From contig JAUFOR010000008.1 in NCBI GenBank assembly GCA_040285745.1, positions 1,798,001-1,862,000 of the forward strand: a stretch of 64,000 nucleotides of DNA, given 5' to 3'. Positions 31,752 to 42,147 of the stretch are shown here, piece after piece. Position 1 is the stretch's first letter. Every line of letters starts with the position of its first letter. Source of the stretch: Barthelona sp. PCE (Eukaryota). The translations under genes and the position numbers were made by a program. Below the pieces are notes generated by a model. It had not been told where the DNA came from and searched no databases. It saw nothing but the letters and a program-made list of their open reading frames with translations.

Positions 31752-32744
31752 TCAACTGCTATCAATGACTTCTAACCCAATGTTTTTGTCAGATAGCTTG
31801 ACTACTGTATATGGAATACTATTTTCATTAAAGACTGCAATAAATACTTCATCAAATGGACATAGCATAACACCACCGTCTCCAGCGCCTGTTACTTTAA
31901 CTGGGATGCCATTTTTCTTACACACACTCATCAGATGGACATTTGTTGAGTGATGAACCCCTAATGAATATAGAATACCGTCACATATCTCAAAAGCTGT
32001 GTCGATTGCAATCTTTCCATCAATGAACTGTGTGATTACCTCATCAATAATGTGATTAAAACCCATGAGCGTTGGGGTATGTCTGATACGTGCCTGAACC
32101 TTTGCAACAATTTCACTTGTGCAATGCTCCTTCTGTGTGTCAATTACAATAAACTTTCCTGACTGTGGTATACCAACTGGTTCGCACGTTCTCCTCACTT
32201 TGTTGTAAACAAACGTACCACCGCGAGCAATGATCTTGTTATCTACACCACTTGGATTGCCATGACATATTCGTTCACCACAGATCGCAACTTCATCCAC
32301 TCTCTCGGTGTTATTCGCAACGTCCACACCACTAAGGTGTAAGAAACAACCAGCTAGACATACAGATAATGCAGCACTACTTCCCATTCCCATTCCCATA
32401 GGTATATGACTTTCTACCATGATTCTACCGCATGGGAATGTCTCATTGCCTACTTCAATGAGGATTGCAATCATGATTTTAGCCATTGTGTGATTGATTG
32501 AAGAATCAACTAAAACTTCGTATTTGATCTCTCCATCGCTTATATAGACGTTAAACACGTGGGTTCCACTTAGAAATATGCCCAATTTATCCATGCAAGG
32601 TTCGTTATTCACATCATAACTACAATATTCAAGATAAACTCTTCGATCTATTGTTGAAACAAGGCAATTGGACCCGCTCACGACTGTGTGCTCCCCGAAT
32701 AAAATGACCTTACCAGGTGCTGAGATGCTCAATTGTACATACAT
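31752..32744 (-). CDS. MVK: Mevalonate kinase (GHMP family)
   Basis: SAPGKVILFGEH, PMGMGMGSSAA, ERICHGNPSGVDN, KVTGAGDGG. Confidence 0.92.
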   Translation of the reverse strand: MYVQLSISAPGKVILFGEHTVVSGSNCLVSTIDRRVYLEYCSYDVNNEPCMDKLGIFLSGTHVFNVYISDGEIKYEVLVDSSINHTMAKIMIAILIEVGNETFPCGRIMVESHIPMGMGMGSSAALSVCLAGCFLHLSGVDVANNTERVDEVAICGERICHGNPSGVDNKIIARGGTFVYNKVRRTCEPVGIPQSGKFIVIDTQKEHCTSEIVAKVQARIRHTPTLMGFNHIIDEVITQFIDGKIAIDTAFEICDGILYSLGVHHSTNVHLMSVCKKNGIPVKVTGAGDGGVMLCPFDEVFIAVFNENSIPYTVVKLSDKNIGLEVIDSS

Positions 32745-32803
32745 TAAGAGACAGGGATGTTATCTGTTAAGCAGAACTTCTCCTTTTTTGAATCAGTTTT
32801 GGG
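32745..32803. promoter_or_regulatory. Putative minimal bidirectional promoter between MVK and COMMD
   Basis: Only 59 bp separate the two divergent ATGs (32744 and 32804). Confidence 0.55.
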
Positions 32804-33352
32804 ATGAACAACAACATAAAAGCAGTGTTTGAGCGGTATTCGAGCACCTTTGATGGTAATACGGGCGAATTTGAAACTTTTCTTCAGAATCTTCCTCAGA
32901 ACTTGCTGAAAGAGGACAGCGACGCACAATATTCGGAGTTTGAGACCTGTACGATTGCATTTCTGTTGAACGCAGCGGGCCAGAGATACAAGCCAAAGAA
33001 ATTTGTTGGCTATCTCAATAATGTATTACACACAGAGCTTCAGGTGCCACTGGCAGATTTTTACAAGCGCCACAGGTCTCTTCTGAGAAATCTCTTACTT
33101 GGAAACCACAAACTTCGCATACCGACACTTATCAACATGGATTGGAGATTATTGCTGAATTTAGGTTCATCCATAGTTGTGCACCAGCCTCAGCTCTCAA
33201 TTGAAATTAAGATGGAGCTTGAGAATGAAGAGAAAATTGTTTTTGATTGCAATTACCCAATGCTTGAACACATGACAAGTGAATTGGTAGGTGCTATTGA
33301 CAATTATAGGAACGATTTCAATAGACACGTTGCTTATGAGCTCCAGGAGTAA
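32804..33352 (+). CDS. COMM-domain protein (COMMD2-like)
   Basis: 182 aa; helical N-domain then 'PTLINMDWRL...GSS' and 'CNYPMLEHMTSELVGAI', typical of the COMM domain. Confidence 0.8.
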   Translation: MNNNIKAVFERYSSTFDGNTGEFETFLQNLPQNLLKEDSDAQYSEFETCTIAFLLNAAGQRYKPKKFVGYLNNVLHTELQVPLADFYKRHRSLLRNLLLGNHKLRIPTLINMDWRLLLNLGSSIVVHQPQLSIEIKMELENEEKIVFDCNYPMLEHMTSELVGAIDNYRNDFNRHVAYELQE

Positions 33353-33439
33353 CCTTATAACTGAGTAAATGTGATAGTTTTGTATTCGCTTACATATCCT
33401 TTTCCATCTTTTTGGGACTTTTTTCACACATATAGAGGG

Positions 33440-34438
33440 ATGCAAGAGGTACTTGGCGAGGCACGGTTGCAGACAAGTTCTGAAATTGCACGCGAAGAAT
33501 ACTTGCGAATTTTTCATACACGATTGCGAGCTCCAACACGTGATATCGTGTTGATGACGCAGTCTTTATGTCATATTGACTTTGCTCCAGAGGTTATTGA
33601 TAGCCTGATTGCATTTTTAAGTGATTCAAAAGTTGTTATGGGACCTAGGTTAGCTGCTTTTTACTTAATAGATGCGTTGGCGGGCAGTTATGTGTTCCGG
33701 ACAGCGATGGAACCTAAATTATTGCAAGTATTATCTCTAGTACAGAAGAAGCAGAACTACAAACATGTACAGAAATTGCTCACGAGTTGGGGTACGCGTA
33801 AGGTATTTTCTGATCAAATTGTACAAACTTTGCAGGTGAGTAGTGATTCTATAGCGAAAAAACATGGTTATTACATAGGTACGAATATGATGCCAATATC
33901 AGCACCTCAAAGTCAAATAGAATCAACCTCTTCTGCTAGAGTGGATGACACTCATCATATGAAGAACTCCAATACATCAAAGTTTCTCGAACGATTTTCT
34001 GGTATATTGTCAATACGGCGAAGTGCTATTAAGTGTCCACAATGTGGAATATCACTTATAAACTCGGAAGCACGAGAAGCCCACATTAAATCACATTCCA
34101 CTTCGAGATATATGCGTGGTTTCAATTTATCTCAACAAACATGGGAAGAATTACGTGTAATTAATGGTATTGAACATTTAAATATTGAAATTGTTAACGA
34201 GACTTTTGAGGAGCAAAAGCAGGACGAGGAAATTGAAATCAAATACGAGGAGCAGTTGAGTAAGATCCCTGTAATGGATGGAGTTTTTTGTGCATCGTGT
34301 GGAGAGGAGTTCGACACAGCGATGAATAATGGGCGTTTCGTATTTGTGAATTGTTACAGCGTAGGAGGTAGATTCTATCATCACGAGTGTCTTCCTGTTG
34401 ATGAGATCCCAGCAAAGAAGCAACAAAAAGTAAACTAA
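33440..34438 (+). CDS. PCF11: Cleavage/polyadenylation factor Pcf11-like (CID plus two Zn fingers)
   Basis: CID-like 'RLAAFYLIDAL..LLTSW..RKVFS'; C2H2 'CPQCG..HIKSH'; C2HC 'CASCGEEF..YHHEC'. First ATG is 33440. Confidence 0.8.
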   Translation: MQEVLGEARLQTSSEIAREEYLRIFHTRLRAPTRDIVLMTQSLCHIDFAPEVIDSLIAFLSDSKVVMGPRLAAFYLIDALAGSYVFRTAMEPKLLQVLSLVQKKQNYKHVQKLLTSWGTRKVFSDQIVQTLQVSSDSIAKKHGYYIGTNMMPISAPQSQIESTSSARVDDTHHMKNSNTSKFLERFSGILSIRRSAIKCPQCGISLINSEAREAHIKSHSTSRYMRGFNLSQQTWEELRVINGIEHLNIEIVNETFEEQKQDEEIEIKYEEQLSKIPVMDGVFCASCGEEFDTAMNNGRFVFVNCYSVGGRFYHHECLPVDEIPAKKQQKVN

Positions 34439-34618
34439 CTTGCCGGTGAACTGTTTGACTTGATATTTAAGTTTTGATGATTTAAACAGCACATATTATA
34501 CGATTCATGTAAATGTAAGATGTATTATAACGTGGAAACATCATTTTGAAAGAGGTTTACTATTATCACCCCCTTTCATTGCCATTTCAAGGCGTTAAAC
34601 ACTGGACGAACGGAACTG

Positions 34619-35560
34619 ATGGTTTTAACACGTGCACAGAGAAGAAAACTAGCAGTACAGGGCAGTTTGAAAGATATTGAAATTATGTCAAAGATCCAAC
34701 AAATATCGGATTTAGACTTTTTCAAGACGCCACCAAGAGTGCGGAAGACGGGAGCAAAGCGGAAAAGGCGGAAAAAGGTTGAGGTTGATGTGCAAAATGA
34801 AGCTACACCAAAAAATGCTTCAACATTAATTTCACAACATCCACTAAGTAAGATGGCACATATGGAGGTTGATTTCGGTACGACCCCACGGAAACATGTT
34901 GAGAATATCGTTAAATCTAATCATACTATACCACTATCAGTAATTAAAGATGCTGTAGTTCAGGGAGGAAATCATCATGGAGATGAAGTTGATGTGGTTG
35001 TATCACTTGAATCGATCATGCGGTCAGCACCGGAATGTCTTCCTATTGCTGATATTAACAATGATTTATTGCCACTTGATGAAGAAATTTCTGGAATAGA
35101 GGTTGAAGAAGAAAAAGCACAAGTACCTTTTGTTGGAGAAGATGAAATTACTGGGATTGAAACTGTTGGAGAAGAAACTGATGAACCAGTTTTTGATGAC
35201 CATACTCCCCATACAGATGAAGAGATTAAAGAAGAGGAAGAGAAAATTGATGCATTCGTATTGCGTTCGCAAGAGACCAATCAGAAGCTTAAGGATGCAT
35301 TTTCTCGTAGGAAGTTCTTGAGAAGGAAGCTTGCTTATACTGAGACATTACCAGAGGTATCTACACCCACCTCAGAGCCAGAAACAACACCCTTAGATTC
35401 TATATTGGACGAAGATGGGTGCATTATTGTAACTGACGAGTATCCAGACTGGGCACAGTTTGATGAGCTGACTGTTCAACTTTTGAAGCAACGCGAAACA
35501 GGATATGAATCTGTGTTCACAAGGGATAGATGTTCACGCCCCCATATTCATGGAGTCTGA
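34619..35560 (+). CDS. INCENP: Short INCENP-like protein with C-terminal IN-box (Aurora-binding)
   Basis: C-terminal 'YPDWAQFDELTVQLLKQRETGYESVF' matches the IN-box pattern P.WA....L...l..Q......iF. Basic N-terminus with CDK-type TP sites; acidic middle. Confidence 0.5.
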   Translation: MVLTRAQRRKLAVQGSLKDIEIMSKIQQISDLDFFKTPPRVRKTGAKRKRRKKVEVDVQNEATPKNASTLISQHPLSKMAHMEVDFGTTPRKHVENIVKSNHTIPLSVIKDAVVQGGNHHGDEVDVVVSLESIMRSAPECLPIADINNDLLPLDEEISGIEVEEEKAQVPFVGEDEITGIETVGEETDEPVFDDHTPHTDEEIKEEEEKIDAFVLRSQETNQKLKDAFSRRKFLRRKLAYTETLPEVSTPTSEPETTPLDSILDEDGCIIVTDEYPDWAQFDELTVQLLKQRETGYESVFTRDRCSRPHIHGV

Positions 35561-35598
35561 TTTTGTAATTAAAATTAGTTGAAATACAAATTGTTTAT

Positions 35599-38500
35599 TT
35601 ATTCGTTTCTATTTTTTAAATATTCGTATTTGAAACATTCCTGTTCCTCAGGTTTTGAACACTTTCCCATGTACAATTGAAGACACATCGGACAAAGACG
35701 CGTATTAGTGTTTGGTAATAGAACGCAAGATTGAATAAAGTTACACATGCTACAAAAGTGAATTTTTTTGTGATTATTATCCTGATAGGGGATTGGATCC
35801 ACACTGTTTAAAGGAAGAAGGAGGCCACAGACTCTTTCCGGAACATTAAAAAAGTTACATTTCGAATAGGAATCCTTTAATGAATGAGTACCACATTCAT
35901 GCTCTTCACATGAACAGTGCTTAAATTTAGCACAGTTTGTGAGAATATTTCTTCCCTCTATAGCTTCAATATACATGTCGATAACATGATCCAACTGAAA
36001 AGCCTCAGAAAAAAGATTATCTTTGATTTTCTGGTTGTGAATTTTTTCAGTTATGTGCAAGCACATGTCACATATATTCAGACGCATGATAGCAGGGTGG
36101 TTGTTATAATTTAAAACAGATTCAGTGCCCACAATAATTACACTGTCATCATCTTTGTATTTCCACCATTCTTTAACTGCTGTCTCAAAAGACATCAGTC
36201 TCATTTTTAATTTTCGCATTGAATCTATTTCTTCAATGGATGTGCACATAAATACACCCAGGTTGGCAAAAAATGTATGTTTTTTGCTTACATCTTTGAG
36301 AGCATCATCCCAAAAGAGTTTTTCGAAATCATAAACATCAAAAACAGCGGGAGAAGGTGTGAATTTACCTTTGCAGCAGTAAAGCATTGCACATAAACCG
36401 TGCTGCACCTTTATATTCATGTCAAAGCAAGCCTTATACAAATACCAAATGTGATTGTCGTTTTTCTCAATTTTATGCGACTTGTAGTACTGTGCCAGAT
36501 TATTTAAGATGTTTCTATAACCGTCAATCGTGTTATTACTTCCAATGATGTCAGTAAGAAGCTTGAGTGTCATGTTTGGATTTATGGATTTCAGTTTCCT
36601 TGCAAAATTTCTGCGTTTCAAAAATTCTTTACGTCTTGGTAGGTACACCAAGAAATAAAAAGTTAATATTATAATGATAAATAGTAAAAAGTACTTTGTT
36701 TCAAAGAAATGTGACATGGTATCAGATTGTATGAGAGAAATTGCAAAATCACTAACTGGTTCGTTATCCACCTTTGATTCACATATAAAGAGCTTGGTTA
36801 CTATGTCGGACGGCTGATAGTCGAGCCCAAGATAGTTAGAAACGTTTCTAAATGCGCGGACACTGACAAACATACTGCTTTCAGTAACAAAAATTCCGTT
36901 GTTCAAAAGTGGTGATTCGGGGGAAACAATACTATTTCTACCTAGCTCATATCTGATGAACGTGTGTAATGTCTTAGAATGAGCAAGGATTGGAGTCTGA
37001 CTCGAAAGAATATTGGAGTAGGGATAGAAAACTGGATTGATAGCCTTAGGAAGAACGACCATGTTCAGCGTTTGGTACTCGGAAAGCACATAATTCGGTG
37101 AAGTGTGACGCAATCTGATGCGTATACGTGCGGAGAACTTGAGGGTGATCTCAAATGAGTCTAGCGGCATATATATTACACGTGAGTACGCCATACTTTC
37201 ATCTATACCTTCAACTAGCGCGATAACGTGTATTTCAGGGGCAGATTTGCCTATTTCGAGTGTGATTCTTGCATGACCAGTATTCGTTATACTTTTCTCA
37301 GACAGAACTACACCATCAACCAAGATATCAGCTGTTGGTAACGTTAAGAAGTCATTACCGCACACTTTATCCTCAAAAAATAGTGAGATGGGGCGAATAG
37401 AGTACTTTGAATTAACAGGAAGTGCAGCTCGACATACGCAATCGAAAATTGAATTGCGTGTGTTTGTGGCACGGTACGTTCCTATTGGGCACGCAGCTGG
37501 GTTTACCTCAACGTGACTCAAAAACGGAAAATCAAAAGAAGTCAGCTCGTTGAAGCGCCATGCAAATAATACAGTTGGTCCATAATTATCCACCAAATTA
37601 AACCAATCTGGTAGATCATACACTGACGAATCCGTATCAAGGTCTTGGTCAAAAAGTAAACGGGTAGGGCGGAGAACGTAATGACTTGTTGTGAATTGAA
37701 AAGTGGTAGAATATAAAATATGTACATAAACATCGTCTAAAGTGGAATTTCCAACATTAACTGCATGTATACCTAGTAAAGATAGCGAAAAAGATTCATC
37801 AATGACTAAAAATATATCATCGCTGGTACTATGCAAAAAATGCAAAGATGATCCTTCGCCAAATAGATCAGCACAGTTAATAACATCACTCATAGCACAT
37901 AATGTTATTCTAGATTCAGAAGTGCCATTGTTTATAACGATCCTACGAATCTCAACATCTTGGAGATTGCTATGTTGTGTACTGAATACTAAACGATAAA
38001 AACCAGACGGCATGACTACATCAGTAAAATTGTTTACGTGCTGCATCTCATCACGAATGGATCCATTACGGACAACACCACCCGTGTATGTTCTTTGCAT
38101 ACTGTTTAGCAACAATGGTTGCTTCAGGGCCTTGAGCGGTTGGGTTATGGTGGATAACATGTTGGATTGAATTTCTACAATTGGATCTAAAAATCCGTTG
38201 TAAGCAAAGAGTTCATTAAAATGACCAGGAAAAGGAAATAGTTGTTGATCATTAATTTGAAAAAAACCACCCAAAAAACTCATCTTCTGAAAGGAAATGC
38301 TAAAAATGACTTTTTCATTGAAAACTAACTCATTCAATGATCCAAAAATCAATCCATTTTTCAATGCTACACTTGTCTTTATACTACATCTTGAATCCGA
38401 ACAAGTGAAACAGAGTACTTTGTCAAAAAAACTTGTTTCAATGCAAAGTTTTCTTTGTGTATGTACTTTTAAACCAAAGTAAACAGATTCATCATGAAAT

Positions 38501-39342
38501 AATCCAATAGTTTTGTCAACTATACTGTCTAAGAACTCACTCAAAATATATCCAGATAACTTAAATGTGAATGAATCTCTTGATTCAAAATTTGAATAAA
38601 TTGAAACATAGGGTTCTTCCATACAACTTTCGACACCTATTCCTGAAGAGTTTGAGTAATGAAATACACTACGAGAACAATTACAGAAAGACTTTAATGT
38701 CAAATTAAAGTACGAACCTACAGGTATGTTCAAACAATCATTTTCAAAGGGAAAAAGATTATTGATACACATAAATGGACAATTAGCCTCATATACACTA
38801 TGATCTGTGTAATATGCAAACTCACTGATTGCATTTTCACACTTATATCTTGCATAATCATGAGGACAATAGTATCCAACAGGACATGATTGACACTTGT
38901 TCTCAAAAAGAATTTGTCCAACATCACAAATAGCATTGCTCTCAGAGTTGAACACTCCCCTGAAAACACTACATCCTTGATGTAAATCAAATGGAAAAGA
39001 AATTTTGGTAGATTCTAAAAGAAAAGCATTTGATGTGAATGACACTAGAGAATCACCTACAAATATTGTTTTAATGTCTACAAAAGAACCAATAAATATG
39101 TTATTTGAAGGTTTAATCCATAATAAAGTATTATCATGCAATTTTGAAAGATTCTTAGATAAATGAATCATACTTTCATCACAAACACTTCGCGTGTAGA
39201 AGCTAAAGATATGTTGCAACACATCATTTTGATCAAATGGCCTGTTAAAACAAGGTTTTGCAAAAAGGTTGTTCAATTCAAAAATTGAACAAAAGCCCAC
39301 CATGAAAAAAATCAATACTAACAGGAAAATATGTTTCATCAT
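35599..39342 (-). CDS. Type I membrane receptor-like protein: Cys-rich (GCC2/GCC3-like) repeats, Fn3-associated/CHB_HEX_C-like domain, TM helix, Cys/His-rich cytoplasmic tail
   Basis: Signal peptide; CQSCPVGYYCP and CPIGTY; 'PVFYP...IRYELG..VSPESPL..IFV..VSVRAF'; TM 'YFLLFIIIILTFYFLVYL' followed by RRK; CxxC clusters at the C-terminus. Confidence 0.7.
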   Translation of the reverse strand: MMKHIFLLVLIFFMVGFCSIFELNNLFAKPCFNRPFDQNDVLQHIFSFYTRSVCDESMIHLSKNLSKLHDNTLLWIKPSNNIFIGSFVDIKTIFVGDSLVSFTSNAFLLESTKISFPFDLHQGCSVFRGVFNSESNAICDVGQILFENKCQSCPVGYYCPHDYARYKCENAISEFAYYTDHSVYEANCPFMCINNLFPFENDCLNIPVGSYFNLTLKSFCNCSRSVFHYSNSSGIGVESCMEEPYVSIYSNFESRDSFTFKLSGYILSEFLDSIVDKTIGLFHDESVYFGLKVHTQRKLCIETSFFDKVLCFTCSDSRCSIKTSVALKNGLIFGSLNELVFNEKVIFSISFQKMSFLGGFFQINDQQLFPFPGHFNELFAYNGFLDPIVEIQSNMLSTITQPLKALKQPLLLNSMQRTYTGGVVRNGSIRDEMQHVNNFTDVVMPSGFYRLVFSTQHSNLQDVEIRRIVINNGTSESRITLCAMSDVINCADLFGEGSSLHFLHSTSDDIFLVIDESFSLSLLGIHAVNVGNSTLDDVYVHILYSTTFQFTTSHYVLRPTRLLFDQDLDTDSSVYDLPDWFNLVDNYGPTVLFAWRFNELTSFDFPFLSHVEVNPAACPIGTYRATNTRNSIFDCVCRAALPVNSKYSIRPISLFFEDKVCGNDFLTLPTADILVDGVVLSEKSITNTGHARITLEIGKSAPEIHVIALVEGIDESMAYSRVIYMPLDSFEITLKFSARIRIRLRHTSPNYVLSEYQTLNMVVLPKAINPVFYPYSNILSSQTPILAHSKTLHTFIRYELGRNSIVSPESPLLNNGIFVTESSMFVSVRAFRNVSNYLGLDYQPSDIVTKLFICESKVDNEPVSDFAISLIQSDTMSHFFETKYFLLFIIIILTFYFLVYLPRRKEFLKRRNFARKLKSINPNMTLKLLTDIIGSNNTIDGYRNILNNLAQYYKSHKIEKNDNHIWYLYKACFDMNIKVQHGLCAMLYCCKGKFTPSPAVFDVYDFEKLFWDDALKDVSKKHTFFANLGVFMCTSIEEIDSMRKLKMRLMSFETAVKEWWKYKDDDSVIIVGTESVLNYNNHPAIMRLNICDMCLHITEKIHNQKIKDNLFSEAFQLDHVIDMYIEAIEGRNILTNCAKFKHCSCEEHECGTHSLKDSYSKCNFFNVPERVCGLLLPLNSVDPIPYQDNNHKKIHFCSMCNFIQSCVLLPNTNTRLCPMCLQLYMGKCSKPEEQECFKYEYLKNRNE

Positions 39343-39422
39343 GTAAGTGAAAGGAAGAATATGTTTAAAACAAGTTTTTCCTTATCTATTCATCTTTCTT
39401 TAAATTTGAACTTAAAATTTCC

Positions 39423-39914
39423 ATGAAACCCAAGATAGGTGTTAGAAAGCGGGTTATTGAACTTTGCAAGCATGATAATCAAGTGAATTTTTTGTTTGAA
39501 TGCATTCTTGGTTTGTTAGAAGTAGACAATGAAGCCAACAGATATTCATCACAGGAGGCAGGTCAAATTTTATCTCAACTATATCCGGGTTTATCATTCA
39601 ATGATGATGCATTTGAAGAAATTTGGAGTATGGTTTGCACTGATTTCGCTATTAATTTGGTGAATGATGTTGAAAATGGATTATCTCAAGTTTTGCAAGA
39701 TATAACTTCAAAGCATACGCCATTTTTATTACCTAAGATCCCAAGATCTATGAGATCTGCTGTGAAAGTGTCTCTACTAGATTGGTATGGACAGAATCCA
39801 GAAGTTACATCGATTCCTGATGAAATGATCCGGAAATTTTGTGTTCAACATGGAGTTTCAGCAAGTGAAGTACAGCGACAGTTCAGTATCCTTAAGAGAT
39901 CGAATTTTTTGTAG
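39423..39914 (+). CDS. Small protein with a degenerate TALE-type homeodomain-like C-terminus; may have further 3' exons
   Basis: 'RSMRSAVKVSLLDWYGQNPEVTSIPDEMIRKFCVQHGVSASEVQRQF' has TALE W-to-F spacing (33 aa) but lacks W48 and N51. Confidence 0.35.
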   Translation: MKPKIGVRKRVIELCKHDNQVNFLFECILGLLEVDNEANRYSSQEAGQILSQLYPGLSFNDDAFEEIWSMVCTDFAINLVNDVENGLSQVLQDITSKHTPFLLPKIPRSMRSAVKVSLLDWYGQNPEVTSIPDEMIRKFCVQHGVSASEVQRQFSILKRSNFL

Positions 39915-39966
39915 CTCTTAACCCCAACCATGAAAATACTGCAATAACAGGAAATTTGAAAAGAAT

Positions 39967-40061
39967 GTAAGTATGCGGGTGTTTTTCAATTTCTCACCAT
40001 TTTAAGGTTTCCTATTTATTTTATTGTATTATTTAGTAATTGAAATACTACTATTTTTCAG
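39967..40061 (+). other. Candidate spliceosomal intron (95 nt)
   Basis: GTAAGT 5' site, T-rich body and TATTTTTCAG 3' site, followed by more GC-rich open sequence to about 40200. Confidence 0.5.
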
Positions 40062-40205
40062 ATGTATGGACTTCCAAACTCTGAAGAAGGTAGCCCGTAT
40101 GCGGCACCATATCCGAACTCAGATCTCTGTAAAGAATCTGATTACTTTCCTTTATTACCCGTTAACATGGATGAGACTCTGGAAGAAAATCAAATAACTC
40201 ATAGT

Positions 40206-42011
40206 TTACAAATTTGATTCTTCAATAATTGAACTGATTTGCCTAATAAAATCAATTTTTTTTCCCTTATCCATCTTTATGATGAAATCAAACAAGTCAC
40301 TGTAATTATATGTCGTAAATGGAATCCAATCATTACATGAAATTTGCCTTAGAAATTCAGAAGCTAATGATACTCTTACTCTCAACAAATTCCAGAAACT
40401 TGTCGAGGTAAAAATACTAAATAGACTTGCAATGAAGTAGCAATTCATCTTTGTTGGAGATTTCAAAGATAATAAAATCAATTTTTGTATCAAAGAATGA
40501 GATAGAATTGTTGAGGTACTTATAAGTTGAGCTGTTGTTGAATTTTTTTCCAATCTCAAAATAAAGTGGATAAATGGTTCAACACATCTAGTTTGTTGCA
40601 AAACCATTTTGCAACTCTCCATAAAAATTTTCTTTTCAAATTCATCTTCTGTGAAATACGGAGCTATTGCAAAAATTAGTTCATAGTACATTTTAAAAAA
40701 ACCTGTTGTCATTTGATTCATGTTAGATTTTATCAACATTGAACTTAATTCTATAAAGTATTCAACTAAATTCAATTTCATGTCAGGATACTTTGAAACA
40801 TACCAAACAACTGAAACTTCGAAGTCGGAAGCTATCAAGCTAAGTAAGCTATAAATACCATCGGATAAAACCGTGTGCTTAACTGGATATTTAGATTGTA
40901 TTTTTTTTGCATTTCTCAACAATGCAACCAAATTTAGAAAAAGTGTAACCTTACTTGAAGAAGCATAATTATTTGAGAAAATATGATTAAATATGAGAAT
41001 AGAACTAGATAATAGGATCAAAATGTGTTCAAAGTCAAAATTTGTAGCGTTTTGAAAAATTTGGCACAAAAAATTTGTGAATTGCAGCTCAAATTCACAA
41101 AACGGAGATAAACCAACATAAAATGATGAAGAAAAGGGTGCAACACTAAGTGCAATACACAATACACAAGTATGATAATTGTTACCTTTCAAAAATTGTT
41201 CTTTTAAGTCTTCCATGCTCATATTAGACAGACTAGAAATCATACTTGATAGTACAGAAATATTACATTGCTCAAATAAAATATCAGAAAAAAACTGTTC
41301 GGGAATAAAATGATTGGAAATTGGTTGTTCTGGTAAAGTATCAACTTCATCCTTAAATTTTTTTAACAATGCATCAATATCATGTTTAGCTACAATGTGT
41401 TCTAGAAAAGGTGCTCCCAATGCTATTGTTCTTGTGATAACAGATCTCAAAGGAGGTTTCCATCCGAATAACGAGTCATTTATAGTTAATAGGTCAGATT
41501 CCATTGTACAATGATTTATGACGTTAATGGTCAAACTTCTCAAACTATTCAACATAGCAGTATTAAATCCGCATTGTTCTTCAACATCATCGAGAAAATC
41601 TGTAATATTCGAAGTTGAAGTATAATTATTTTGTAAAGATATTGGAACTGAATATACAATGTTGCAGTTTTGCATTATAAACTGTTCAGGGAGAGAATGA
41701 GCAACAAAAATTTTCATATGTTCGAAAAAACTTTCAGCCTTAAACTCTCCATGTTCAGCAGGAAAGCCGACAATTTTTGAAAGATAACTTTTTTGCTGTT
41801 GTCCAAGAGGATCAAACAACTCTGAATGATAATATGAATAGTAAAAACCAAGAAAGGAGAAGTTATCAATATCTTGTTGAATAACACAAACACAATCATC
41901 AAACAAAATGTTTAGAGTACAAATAGTTTCAATTATTTTGCTTGAAATGGGTCCGTTACTACATTCTGCACTTACGTATTGACATGATTTTGAGTTAGCT
42001 ATGAACAACAT
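40206..42011 (-). CDS. Hypothetical alpha-helical (ARM/HEAT-like) protein
   Basis: 601-codon ATG-initiated ORF in AT-rich DNA, too long to be chance; Leu/Ile/Phe-rich; no recognised motif. Confidence 0.6.
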   Translation of the reverse strand: MLFIANSKSCQYVSAECSNGPISSKIIETICTLNILFDDCVCVIQQDIDNFSFLGFYYSYYHSELFDPLGQQQKSYLSKIVGFPAEHGEFKAESFFEHMKIFVAHSLPEQFIMQNCNIVYSVPISLQNNYTSTSNITDFLDDVEEQCGFNTAMLNSLRSLTINVINHCTMESDLLTINDSLFGWKPPLRSVITRTIALGAPFLEHIVAKHDIDALLKKFKDEVDTLPEQPISNHFIPEQFFSDILFEQCNISVLSSMISSLSNMSMEDLKEQFLKGNNYHTCVLCIALSVAPFSSSFYVGLSPFCEFELQFTNFLCQIFQNATNFDFEHILILLSSSILIFNHIFSNNYASSSKVTLFLNLVALLRNAKKIQSKYPVKHTVLSDGIYSLLSLIASDFEVSVVWYVSKYPDMKLNLVEYFIELSSMLIKSNMNQMTTGFFKMYYELIFAIAPYFTEDEFEKKIFMESCKMVLQQTRCVEPFIHFILRLEKNSTTAQLISTSTILSHSLIQKLILLSLKSPTKMNCYFIASLFSIFTSTSFWNLLRVRVSLASEFLRQISCNDWIPFTTYNYSDLFDFIIKMDKGKKIDFIRQISSIIEESNL

Positions 42012-42147
42012 TGTAAATAAGTAAAGATATTTGAAAGCATTAGTTTTTCGTTCATTTTACATCATTATAGCATGTATATCTATTATAAACTTTTTTTTTG
42101 GCATTTGAAGGAGAATAATAAGTGCTATATATTTAAAAACCTTTTCT

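Noticed and set aside
2279-35560. Apparent clustering of mitotic genes (Scc2-like, MAD2, INCENP-like)
   Set aside because: Spread over 33 kb among unrelated genes; compatible with chance in a compact genome.
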